Shown one piece after another: positions 32,299-41,385 of a stretch of DNA of 64,000 nucleotides. Both the position numbers and the translations under genes were made by a program. Every line of letters starts with the position of its first letter. The stretch's first letter is position 1. This stretch comes from an uncultured Gemmatimonadales bacterium (GTDB lineage Bacteria > Gemmatimonadota > Gemmatimonadetes > Longimicrobiales > Longimicrobiaceae). The notes beneath the pieces were generated by a model. It saw only the letters and a program-made list of their open reading frames with translations, did not search any database and had not been told where the DNA came from. Where the stretch lies: positions 8,032,001 through 8,096,000 of the forward strand of contig OY970303.1 in assembly GCA_963716255.1 (NCBI GenBank), written 5' to 3'.

Positions 32299-32422
32299 GC
32301 GTGAGGGATTTCGGCCCGAAGGGGCGAGACCCGCGCAGTTTGCGGGGCTCGACTCCGTTGAGCAGCGTTGTCTGCTGCTCTACGGAGCCGAAGCCCGACC
32401 CCGCGCCAGCGGGGGCACGCCC
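32299..32422 (-). repeat. Dispersed structured element, copy 5
   Basis: Inner hairpin GAGCAGC-AGACAAC-GCTGCTC. Confidence 0.9.
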
Positions 32423-32451
32423 GAGCCCGTCCGTAAAAGAGCAGCTCGCCC

Positions 32452-33870
32452 GTGAGCCTCGCGGACCTGCACTCGGCGCTCCCCCCACCCGGAACGCTGG
32501 GCGGCGAAACGGCACGGGCGGCGCTGGTGGCTCCGCTCTTCCTGCTGCTCTTCGGCGCGGCGGAGCTGTGGAGAAGGCTGGCGCGCCCGCCGGTGGAGTG
32601 GACCCGAAAGGCCGTGCACACGGGCGGCGGCGTGATCGCGGCGGGCTTTCCCTGGATCTTCGCCTCGCACTGGACGGTGCTCGTGCTGGGAGCGGCGTTC
32701 GGCGGCATCCTGTGGGGGACGCGCCGGCTGGGGATCCTCCACAGCGTGCACGGGGTGGAGCGCAGGTCCGAGGGCGGGCTGTACTACCCGCTCGCCATCT
32801 ACCTGCTCTTCGTGGTCGCCGGGCGCACGCCGGTGTTCTACCTGGTGTCCATCCTGGCGCTGGTGGTCTCGGACACGGTGGCGGCGCTGGTGGGGACGCA
32901 CTACGGGCGGCTCACCTTCTCGGTGGAGGGCGGGGACCGGCGCAGCCTGGAAGGCTCGGCGGTGTTCTTCCTGGCGACGTTCCTGGGCGTTCACCTGCCG
33001 CTGCTGCTGCTGACGGACACCCCGCGCGCGGAGAGCGTGCTGGTCGCCGTCCAGGTGGCGCTGATCGTCACCTTCTTCGAAGCGGTGTGCCTGTTCGGGA
33101 GCGACAACCTGGTGGTGCCGCTCACGACGTACTTCCTGCTGGTGAAGATGACGCCGCGCTCCGCGGAGTGGATCGGCGGGCAGCTGGCGGCGCAGGTCCT
33201 GTTGATCGCGGTGGTGTCGTGGGTGGCGCTGCGCTCGCGGGTGCTGACGGTGAGCGGGGCCATGTGCGCGACGCTCTTCTTCTACGGGGCGTACTCGCTG
33301 GGCGGGCCGGAGTGGCTGGCGGCGCCGGCGGCGGCGCTGGCGGGGCTGGTGTGGGTGTTCCGGCACTACGTGCGCGGCGGGCGGTCGCCCCGGGGCGACT
33401 ACCAGGTGTCGGCGGTGTTCTACAGCACGGTGGTCGCGGCGGCGCTGGTGGTGCTCAACAACGCGCTGGAAACGCTGGTCCCCTCGGCCGGGCCCGTGCT
33501 GCGCGACACGGACCCGCTGTACGGCCCCTACGTGGGGGTGCTGGCGGGGCACCTGGCGATGCTGGCGCTCACCTGGCGGGAGTCCGGCCCGGACGCGGTG
33601 CACCTCGCCAACCGGCTGCGGGCGGCGGCGCTGGGGGTGCTCGCCGTGGTGCCGTGGGGGATCGCGGTGTGGACGCGGGGGCCGCGCCCGGAAGCGGCGG
33701 CCTCGGCGGCGGCGACGGCACTTCTCGCCTTCGGGGTGTACTCGGCGCTGCGCTGGTCGCCGCGGGTGCCGCGGGGCGCCGCCTGGGAGCTGCGCCTGCA
33801 GATGCTCGCCACGCTCGCGGCGCTGGCGGTGGTCCTGCCGGTGCTCCTACGGGTGCTGACCGCGCCCTGA
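32452..33870 (+). CDS. Membrane protein: CTP-dependent polyprenol (phytol/dolichol) kinase-like N-half plus an extra TM domain
   Basis: RKAVH, SDTVAALVGTHYG, RSLEGS, DNLVVPL. Confidence 0.72.
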   Translation: MSLADLHSALPPPGTLGGETARAALVAPLFLLLFGAAELWRRLARPPVEWTRKAVHTGGGVIAAGFPWIFASHWTVLVLGAAFGGILWGTRRLGILHSVHGVERRSEGGLYYPLAIYLLFVVAGRTPVFYLVSILALVVSDTVAALVGTHYGRLTFSVEGGDRRSLEGSAVFFLATFLGVHLPLLLLTDTPRAESVLVAVQVALIVTFFEAVCLFGSDNLVVPLTTYFLLVKMTPRSAEWIGGQLAAQVLLIAVVSWVALRSRVLTVSGAMCATLFFYGAYSLGGPEWLAAPAAALAGLVWVFRHYVRGGRSPRGDYQVSAVFYSTVVAAALVVLNNALETLVPSAGPVLRDTDPLYGPYVGVLAGHLAMLALTWRESGPDAVHLANRLRAAALGVLAVVPWGIAVWTRGPRPEAAASAAATALLAFGVYSALRWSPRVPRGAAWELRLQMLATLAALAVVLPVLLRVLTAP

Positions 33871-33956
33871 CGCAGTTGTGGGCTACGTGCTCGCCCAAGC
33901 GAATAAATCGCGAGATTTCGATTCAGAGCTAATCCGCCACGTGGAGAGATGTCACC

Positions 33957-34187
33957 GTGAAAAAGAGCACTATCATCGCCACCTGTCTGGTGAATTCGAA
34001 TATGGTCAGTCAACTTGAGGATGCTGAACAGTCGGTTCAGCAGGTCTTTCGATCCGAGTTCCCGAATGCGAGCTACGCCGACTGGAACCAAGATCTGGAT
34101 GAACCAACCTCTGAAAAAGTGATCAGTGCGGTTGGCCGGGCTTCGCAAATCAACGTTCGAAAGTTCATCGAGGACCTGTGGGATTGA
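33957..34187 (+). CDS. Small hypothetical protein in an AT-richer insert
   Basis: 76-aa ORF with GGAGAG upstream of the GTG; composition unlike its neighbours. Confidence 0.6.
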   Translation: MKKSTIIATCLVNSNMVSQLEDAEQSVQQVFRSEFPNASYADWNQDLDEPTSEKVISAVGRASQINVRKFIEDLWD

Positions 34188-34250
34188 GACAGTCATCCTG
34201 TTCGACAGCGTCAACCCTCCAGCCAGTGTAGAAGGACAGCAGACACCCCC

Positions 34251-35306
34251 ATGACCCTCCGGATCGAGCACTTCACCGCCCCAAACCCGCGCACGGGCGA
34301 CTTCGCCGCGGTGCGCGAGGCGATCGTGTACCCCGGCCCGGACGACGATTTGCCGGCGGGCGCGGAGTGCCTGGTGGCGTACGACGCGGGGCGGCCGGTC
34401 GCGCGGCTGGCGGCGGCGATCGCGCCGGGGCTGCACGGCGCGCCGGGGCCGTCCGGGCTGGTGGGGTGGTACGAGGCGCTGGACGACGGGGCGGGCGCGG
34501 CCCTGCTCGCGCGGGCGGGGGAGGTGCTGGCGGAGCGCGGGGCCGTGCGCGTGCTGGGCCCGATGAACGGCAGCACCTGGAAGCGCTACCGCGTGGCCCT
34601 GCCCCCGGGCCCCGGCGAGCCCGTCCGGACGCCGTTCCTGACGGAGCCGGTCAACCCGCCCGACTACCCGTCGCACTTCCTGGCCGCCGGCTACGCCGTG
34701 GCCGCGGAGTACGAGAGCCGCGCCGCCCTCCTCGCGCCGGACGCCCCGGCGGCCGTGGGTGGCGTGCCCCCCCTCCCGGACGGGATCCGCATCGCTCCGC
34801 TGGACCCGGCGCGCTTCGACGACACGCTCCGGGAGATCTTCGACCTGAGCGCGGCGGCGTTCGCGGACAACCTGTTCTACACGCCCATCGCCTTCGCGGA
34901 GTTCGCGGCGGCGTACCTCCGGGTGAGGCCGCTCCTGGACCCGGAGCTGGTGCGCCTCGCCCGCGGCGCGGACGGGCGGCTGCTCGCCTTCGTGTTCGCC
35001 TTCCCGGACCCGTTCGACCGCGTGCCGGACGCCATCCGCGCCGCCCCGGCCGCGTCCGGCGGCGCGCCGCGGCCCCGTCCCCGCGGCCTGCGCGTGGTCC
35101 TGAAGACGCTTGCGACGGCGCCGGAGGCGCGCGGGCTCGGCCTGGGCGGGCGCCTGTCGGCGGAAGTGCACCGCATCGCGCTGGAGCGCGGCGCGCCGTC
35201 GGTGGTGCACGCGCTGATGCAGGTGGACAACGCCTCCACGCACATCTCCGGGCGTCTGCGCGGCGAGCCGTTCCGCCGCTACGCGCTGTACGATTGGACG
35301 CCGTGA
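34251..35306 (+). CDS. GNAT-fold protein
   Basis: GWYEA, LGPMNGSTWKRYR, EPVNP, LKTLATAPEARGLGLG acyl-CoA loop. Confidence 0.72.
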   Translation: MTLRIEHFTAPNPRTGDFAAVREAIVYPGPDDDLPAGAECLVAYDAGRPVARLAAAIAPGLHGAPGPSGLVGWYEALDDGAGAALLARAGEVLAERGAVRVLGPMNGSTWKRYRVALPPGPGEPVRTPFLTEPVNPPDYPSHFLAAGYAVAAEYESRAALLAPDAPAAVGGVPPLPDGIRIAPLDPARFDDTLREIFDLSAAAFADNLFYTPIAFAEFAAAYLRVRPLLDPELVRLARGADGRLLAFVFAFPDPFDRVPDAIRAAPAASGGAPRPRPRGLRVVLKTLATAPEARGLGLGGRLSAEVHRIALERGAPSVVHALMQVDNASTHISGRLRGEPFRRYALYDWTP

Positions 35307-36895
35307 GCCTGGAGGAAGGAAACAACCCCAGCGTCGCCGCGCGGCTGGCGGAGCGGGCCGCGCTGCACCCGGGGCGGGCCGCCATCGTGGAGTACTCGGG
35401 CGGCCGGCCGCGGCGCATCAGCTTCGGGGGGCTGGCGGAGCGGGTGGCGGCGCTCTCGGCGGGGATGCGGGAGGCGGGGATCGGGGCGGGGGACCGGGTG
35501 CTGCTGTTCGTCCCCATGTCCATAGACCTGTACGTGGCGCTGCTGGCGACGCTGCACGCCGGCGGCGTCGCCGTGTTCCTGGACGCGTGGGCCGGCCGCG
35601 AGCGCCTGGACGCGGCCGTGGCCGCCGCCCGCCCCAGGGCCTTCATCGGCTCGCCGCGCGCCCACCTCCTCCGCTTCCTCAGCCCCGCCGTGCGCGCGGT
35701 GCCGGTGAAGTGGATCGCCGGGCGCGGCTGGCCCCGCCTGGCGATCCACGAGCGCCGGGGCGCCGCCGCACCCGCCGCCGCCGCAGGCCCCGACGATCCC
35801 GCGCTGGTCACCTTCACCACCGGGAGCACGGGCCGGCCCAAGGGCGCCGTCCGCTCGCACGGCTTCCTGTGGGCGCAGCACCGCGCCCTCGCCGCGCACC
35901 TGCGGCTGGCGGAGCAGGACGTGGACATGCCGACGCTGCCGGTGTTCGTGCTCAACAACCTGGCGGGCGGGACGACGAGCGTGATCCCGGACTTCGACCC
36001 GCGGCGCCCGGCGGAGATCGACCCGGAAACCATCCTGCGGCAGGTGCGCGCGGAGGGCGTGACCACCTCCAGCGGCTCGCCGGCGTTCTACCAGCGGCTC
36101 GCCGGGTGGTGCGCGGAGCGGGGGGCGGAGCTCCCCCTGCGCGCCCTGTGGACGGGCGGCGCCCCCGTATACCCGCCGCTCGCGCGGCTGCTGGCGGACA
36201 CCACGGCGGGCGAGGCGCACGTGGTGTACGGCAGCACCGAGGCGGAGCCGGTCGCGGGGATCGAGGCGCGGGCGATGCTGGCGGCGATGGAGCGGGGCGG
36301 GGAAGGGATCTGCGTGGGCGCGCCGGTGCCGGAGGTCGCGCTGCGCATCCTGCGCCCGCACGACGGGCCCGTGGAGCTGGGGCCGCGCGGCTGGGCGGAG
36401 TGGGACGCCGCCCCGGGCGAGACCGGCGAGGTGGCCGTCGCGGGGGACCACGTGCTCGCCGGGTACCTGGACGACCCCGCCGCGGACCTCGCGAACAAGG
36501 TGCGCGACGGCGGCCGCGTCTGGCACCGCACCGGCGACGCCGCGCGCCTGGACGCCGAGGGCCGCCTGTGGCTGATGGGCCGCGTGGGCCAGCGCGTGGT
36601 GCGCGCCGGCGAGACGTGGTGGAGCACCCCCGCGGAGGTGCGGGCGCTGGACGCGCCCGGGGTGCGCCACGCCGCCTACCTGGGCCTCCCCGACGCGGCG
36701 CTCGGCATGCGCGCCGTCCTGTACGTGGAGACGCAGGGCGGCCGCCTGGACGATGCGGAGCGCGCCGCGATCCTGGAGCGCCTCGGCCCCATCCCGGTGG
36801 ACGAGCTGCGCGCGCTCCCGCGCATCCCCCGCGACCCGCGGCACGCGTCGAAGACGGATACAACCGCGCTCCGGCGCCTGCTTGCCGGTACCTGA
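35303..36895 (+). CDS. AMP-dependent acyl-CoA ligase (ANL family, OleC-like)
   Basis: FTTGSTGRPKG, YGSTEAEP, WHRTGD, RHASK. Confidence 0.88.
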   Translation: MSLEEGNNPSVAARLAERAALHPGRAAIVEYSGGRPRRISFGGLAERVAALSAGMREAGIGAGDRVLLFVPMSIDLYVALLATLHAGGVAVFLDAWAGRERLDAAVAAARPRAFIGSPRAHLLRFLSPAVRAVPVKWIAGRGWPRLAIHERRGAAAPAAAAGPDDPALVTFTTGSTGRPKGAVRSHGFLWAQHRALAAHLRLAEQDVDMPTLPVFVLNNLAGGTTSVIPDFDPRRPAEIDPETILRQVRAEGVTTSSGSPAFYQRLAGWCAERGAELPLRALWTGGAPVYPPLARLLADTTAGEAHVVYGSTEAEPVAGIEARAMLAAMERGGEGICVGAPVPEVALRILRPHDGPVELGPRGWAEWDAAPGETGEVAVAGDHVLAGYLDDPAADLANKVRDGGRVWHRTGDAARLDAEGRLWLMGRVGQRVVRAGETWWSTPAEVRALDAPGVRHAAYLGLPDAALGMRAVLYVETQGGRLDDAERAAILERLGPIPVDELRALPRIPRDPRHASKTDTTALRRLLAGT

Positions 36896-37098
36896 CCGGG
36901 CGACTCGCCACCGAATCGCCGCCGCATCCGCATGGCTCCCGCGTCGGTTCCCAAACGGGAACACCCGGCGACGGCAGAACGGGACCCGCGCACTCCTGCG
37001 TGGGCCCCTTCCGCACGTCCGAATCTCCTGCCGCGGAACGCTTTCCGCCGTTCTCCGCCGTTCTGGAAAGACGCTCCTCGGGGTCCGCAACGCGGGGA

Positions 37099-37126
37099 TT
37101 GACGCTTCCTGGCCCCCGCCTATCTT
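37099..37126 (+). promoter_or_regulatory. Putative sigma70 promoter upstream of the response-regulator operon
   Basis: TTGACG-16 bp-TATCTT. Confidence 0.45.
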
Positions 37127-37314
37127 TCGATATCCCAAAGAGAAGCGCGAACCCGCGGCCCTCACCCGGCTCGCTTGAGGCTCGCCACCCTCTCCCAGTT
37201 CTGGGAGAGGGGGCAACTGCGGGACTCCGTGCAGTCTTCCCCTCCCTCGCTTGCGGGGGAGGGGCGGCGCGCGGCGCCGGGGTGGGGGCCCCCCGCGGAC
37301 GCCAGCGCGATGCC

Positions 37315-37441
37315 GCGTGAGGGATTTCGGCCCGAAGGGGCGAGACCCCGCGCAGTTTGCGGGGGCTCGACTCCGTTAAGCACGGTAGTATCGTGCTTTA
37401 CGGAGCCGAAGCCCGACCCCGGCGCAGCCGGGGGCACGCCC
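37315..37441 (-). repeat. Dispersed structured element, copy 6
   Basis: Inner hairpin AAGCACG-ATACTAC-CGTGCTT. Confidence 0.9.
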
Positions 37442-37518
37442 GAGCCCGCAGTCCGAAGCCGTTGCCGTTGAAGTCGAAGTCGCCCGCCGTATCCCGACAC
37501 AAAGAACGACTAAGGCCC

Positions 37519-37893
37519 GTGAAGCGCATCCTGCTGGTAGACGACGAGGACGACGTCCGCGAGGTGGCCCAGCTCAGCCTGGAAATGGTGGGCGGCTGGG
37601 AAGTGCTCGCCGCCACCTGCGGCGAGGAAGCCGTGCGGCGCGCCGCGGCCGAGCACCCGGACGCCATCCTCCTGGACGTGATGATGCCGGAGATGGACGG
37701 CCCGGCCACGTTCCGCGCGCTCCAGGCCAACGCCGCCACCAGCGCCATCCCCGTGCTGCTGCTCACCGCCAAGACCCGCTCCGCCGACCTGGAGCGCTTC
37801 GCCCTGCTGGGCGTGGCGGGCGTGCTGTCCAAGCCCTTCGATCCGCTCACCCTGGCCCGCGACGTCTCCGGCGCGCTGGGCTGGGACGCCTGA
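37519..37893 (+). CDS. Single-domain response regulator
   Basis: LLVDDE, LLDVMMPEMDG, LLTA, KPFD. Confidence 0.92.
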   Translation: MKRILLVDDEDDVREVAQLSLEMVGGWEVLAATCGEEAVRRAAAEHPDAILLDVMMPEMDGPATFRALQANAATSAIPVLLLTAKTRSADLERFALLGVAGVLSKPFDPLTLARDVSGALGWDA

Positions 37894-37921
37894 CCCCGCC
37901 CTCCGCAAAGCAGCAGGTCCA

Positions 37922-40339
37922 TTGTCCGGAGTCCTCGTAGCCGGCCTTCCCGCTCCCGTAGTCGAATGGCTCGCGGGGCGGCTTCCCGGCGTTCCCGTGC
38001 AGTCCGTGGAGGGCGGCCGCGCCGTCCTCGGCGCCCTCACCGGCCGCGGCTGGTCGCTTCTGGTGCTGGACGCCGGGATCACGGACCTCCCCGCCGTCGA
38101 CGCGCTCCGCAGCGTGCGCGTGTTCCCCGAGGGGCGCTCCATCCCCGTGCTCTTCTGCGCGCGCGGGCGCCTGGACGCCGACGCGGCGCAGACGCTGGTG
38201 GGCACCCTGGGGGTCAACCACCTCCTCTACCACCCGCTGGACCGCGACGAACTGCTCCGGCACGTGGCGGCCATCCTGGGCGTGGACCCGCTCCCGGAGC
38301 CGGCGGAGGCCCCGGCCGCGCAGCTGGGGGCGGCGGTGGCGGCGCTGTGGGACAAGTTCCGCGACACCATCTTCGCGCGCGTGGACGCGGTGGAGGAGGC
38401 GGCGCTCGCCCTGCTGGAGGGGAAGCTGGACGACGAGACGCGCCGCGGCGCCGAGCGCGAGGCGCACAAGCTGGCCGGGGCGGCGGGGTCGTTCGGCTTC
38501 GCGGACGCGTCGCGGCTGGCGCGCGAGGCGGAGGGGATCCTGGGCGGCGACGCGCCCGCCCCCGCGCAGGCGCTGCGGCTCAGTGAGCTGGCGGTGGGGC
38601 TGCGCGCGGTGCTGGAGCGGGGCCCGGCCCCCGCGCCCGAGCCCGCGCGCACCCACGCCACCGACGACCGCCCCTTCCTGCTGGTGGTGGACGCCGACCG
38701 CGACATGGCGGACCGCCTGGCGATCGAGGCGGGCGGGCGGCAGTTCCGCACGGAGGTGGCAGCGGGCGTGTCCCAGGCGCGCCGGGTTCTCACCCGGCAG
38801 CGCCCGGACGTGGTGCTCCTGGACCTGTCGCTGGAGGAAAGCCTCCCGGTGGGGCTGGACTTCCTGGCCGAGCTGTCGCGCCGCGAGCCGCCGATCCCCG
38901 CGGTGGTCCTCACCGCCCGCACCGACTTCACCGACCGGGTGGAGGTGGCGCGGCGCGGCGGGCGCGGCTTCCTGCAGAAGCCGGTGGCCCCCCGGCAGGC
39001 GGTGGACGCCGTGGCGGGGGTGCTGCGCGAGCGCACCCCGGCGGACACCCACCTGCTCGCGGTGGACGACGACCCGGCGGTGCTGGGCGCGGTGCGCGCC
39101 CTGCTGGAGCCGCGCGGCATCCGCGTCACCACGCTGGACGACCCGCTGCGCTTCTGGGAGACGCTGGAGCAGACCGCGCCGGACGTGCTGGTGCTGGACG
39201 TGGACATGCCCCACCTGGGCGGGCTGGAGCTGTGCCGCGTGGTCCGCGCGGACCCGCGCTGGACGGGGATCCCCGTGCTCTTCCTGACCGCCCGCACCGA
39301 CGCGGACACGGTGCAGCGGGTGTTCGCGGCGGGCGCGGACGACTTCGTCACCAAGCCGTTCGTGGGGCCGGAGCTGGTCACCCGCCTCACCAACCGGCTC
39401 GACCGGGTGCAGCTCCACCGCACCCTCGCCGAGACCGATCCGCTCACCGGGCTCGCCAACCGGCGCAAGTCCGAGGAGGTGGCGCAGCACTTCCTCCGCC
39501 TGGCCGCCCGCAAGGAGCAGCCGTTCTCGCTGGCGGTCATCGACCTGGACCACTTCAAGGCGGTCAACGACCGGGCGGGGCACGCCGCCGGCGACGAGGT
39601 GCTGCAGCGCATCGCCCGCCTGCTGCTGCGCTCCTTCCGGGCGGAGGACGTGGTGGCGCGCTGGGGCGGCGAGGAGTTCGTGATCGGGATGTTCGGGATG
39701 GAGAAGGGGGCGGGGGTGCAGCGGCTCACCCAGGTGCTCGGGCGCTTCTCGCAGGAGCGCTTCGACGGGCCGGACGGCGAGGAGTTCTCGGTGACCTTCA
39801 GCGCCGGGATCGCCGAGTTCCCCCGCGACGGCCGCGAGCTCCCCGACCTGTACCGCCTCGCCGACCAGGCGCTGTACCAGGCCAAGGAGGAGGGGAGGGC
39901 CCGGGTGTGCGCGGCGGGGTGGAGCACGGACGCGCAGCCCGACGCCCCCACGGTGGACGTGCTGCTGGTGGACGACGACCCGGCGCTCGCCGGGCTCCTG
40001 CTGCACGCCCTGGAAACGCGCGGCTTCCGCACCCAGTGGCTGCAGGACGGCGAGGCGGCGGTGGAGGCGCTGGCCGGCGAGCACCCGGCGCTGCGCGCCC
40101 GGGTGGTGCTGCTGGACGTGGACCTTCCGGGGCTGGACGGGGTGGGGGTGCTGCGCGCCCTCGGCGCCGCGGGGGTGCTGGCGCGCACCCGGGTGGTGAT
40201 GCTCACCGCCCGCTCCAGCGAGGCGGAAACGCTGAAGACGCTGGAGCTGGACGCCTTCGACCACGTGGCAAAGCCGTTCAGCATCCCCGTGCTGCTGCAG
40301 CGCATCCGCCGCGCGCTGGGCACCCGGCGCCCCACGTGA
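37922..40339 (+). CDS. REC-Hpt-REC-REC-GGDEF-REC diguanylate cyclase
   Basis: AHKLAGAAGSFG (Hpt); receiver motifs; DPLTGLANRR, RAED (I-site), RWGGEEF. Confidence 0.9.
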   Translation: MSGVLVAGLPAPVVEWLAGRLPGVPVQSVEGGRAVLGALTGRGWSLLVLDAGITDLPAVDALRSVRVFPEGRSIPVLFCARGRLDADAAQTLVGTLGVNHLLYHPLDRDELLRHVAAILGVDPLPEPAEAPAAQLGAAVAALWDKFRDTIFARVDAVEEAALALLEGKLDDETRRGAEREAHKLAGAAGSFGFADASRLAREAEGILGGDAPAPAQALRLSELAVGLRAVLERGPAPAPEPARTHATDDRPFLLVVDADRDMADRLAIEAGGRQFRTEVAAGVSQARRVLTRQRPDVVLLDLSLEESLPVGLDFLAELSRREPPIPAVVLTARTDFTDRVEVARRGGRGFLQKPVAPRQAVDAVAGVLRERTPADTHLLAVDDDPAVLGAVRALLEPRGIRVTTLDDPLRFWETLEQTAPDVLVLDVDMPHLGGLELCRVVRADPRWTGIPVLFLTARTDADTVQRVFAAGADDFVTKPFVGPELVTRLTNRLDRVQLHRTLAETDPLTGLANRRKSEEVAQHFLRLAARKEQPFSLAVIDLDHFKAVNDRAGHAAGDEVLQRIARLLLRSFRAEDVVARWGGEEFVIGMFGMEKGAGVQRLTQVLGRFSQERFDGPDGEEFSVTFSAGIAEFPRDGRELPDLYRLADQALYQAKEEGRARVCAAGWSTDAQPDAPTVDVLLVDDDPALAGLLLHALETRGFRTQWLQDGEAAVEALAGEHPALRARVVLLDVDLPGLDGVGVLRALGAAGVLARTRVVMLTARSSEAETLKTLELDAFDHVAKPFSIPVLLQRIRRALGTRRPT

Positions 40340-41385
40340 TCTCCACGGGGCTCCTCCAGGGGGCGCTGCTGGTGCTGGCGGTGCTCTTCGCCGGGGCGAC
40401 GGCCGTGCTCTTCGGGCACGGGGCCTGGCTGGCGGCGGCGCGCCGGGGGAGCGCGCGCCGGCTGGACCGGGGCCGCGCGGCGCTGCGGACGCTGCTGGAC
40501 GCCCCCGTCCCCGCGCGCGCCGACCTGGAGGCGCTCGGCGCCCTGCGGACGCGGCTCCTCGTGCGGCTGGTGGTGGAGCTGGGCCCCAGCCTGTCCGGGG
40601 AGCGGCGGACGCGGCTGGTGGGCGTGGCTCGCGAGCTGGGGCTCCTCGCCGCCGCCGAGGGGCTGTGCGCGAGCCGCTTCTGGTGGCGGCGCCTGCGCGG
40701 CGTGCGCCTGCTGTCCGCGATGGGCGCGGGGGACGCCGTGGTCCCGCCGCTGCTGGACGACCCCAACCCCGCCGTGCGCGCCGACGCCGCGGAGTGGGCC
40801 GCCGCCCACCCGGAACCCGCGGTGGTCCGGCTCCTCCTGGAGCGTCTTGCCGACGCCTCCGGCCTGGCCCGCTTCGCGGTGCAGGACTCGCTGATCCGCA
40901 TGGGCCCCGCCGTCTCCGTCCCCCTCCTCGAGTTCCTGGAGAACGGCCGCGGCCCCGCGCTCGCCCCCGCGCTGCGGGTGGCCGCCGGGGTGGCGGACGC
41001 GCGCTTCCTCCCCGCGGCCCTGTGGCTGTGCACGCACGGGCACCCGGGGGTGCGAGCCCGCGCCGCCGAGCTGGTGGGCGCGGCCGGGGGCGCGACCGGG
41101 GTGGACGTGCTCACGGGCCTGCTGGCGGACAACGAGGCGGGGGTCCGCGAAGCGGCGGTGCGCTCCCTGGGCGCCATGGGCCACTGGCCCGCGGGCCCCG
41201 CCGTCGCCCGGCTGCTGGGCGACCGCGCGTGGGAGGTGCGGCGCGCCGCCGGGCTGGCGCTGCGCGGGCTGGGCGGCCCCGGGCAGCTCCTCCTCCGCCG
41301 CGCCCTGGCCGACGCGGACCCCTTCGCCGCGGACATGGCCCGCCAGGTCCTGGACCTCCCCGGCGGCGCGGGAGGCGCCCCGTGA
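40336..41385 (+). CDS. Membrane-anchored HEAT-repeat protein
   Basis: N-terminal TM; repeats LDDPNPAVR, GHPGVR, LADNEAGVR, LGDRAWEVR. Confidence 0.82.
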   Translation: MISTGLLQGALLVLAVLFAGATAVLFGHGAWLAAARRGSARRLDRGRAALRTLLDAPVPARADLEALGALRTRLLVRLVVELGPSLSGERRTRLVGVARELGLLAAAEGLCASRFWWRRLRGVRLLSAMGAGDAVVPPLLDDPNPAVRADAAEWAAAHPEPAVVRLLLERLADASGLARFAVQDSLIRMGPAVSVPLLEFLENGRGPALAPALRVAAGVADARFLPAALWLCTHGHPGVRARAAELVGAAGGATGVDVLTGLLADNEAGVREAAVRSLGAMGHWPAGPAVARLLGDRAWEVRRAAGLALRGLGGPGQLLLRRALADADPFAADMARQVLDLPGGAGGAP

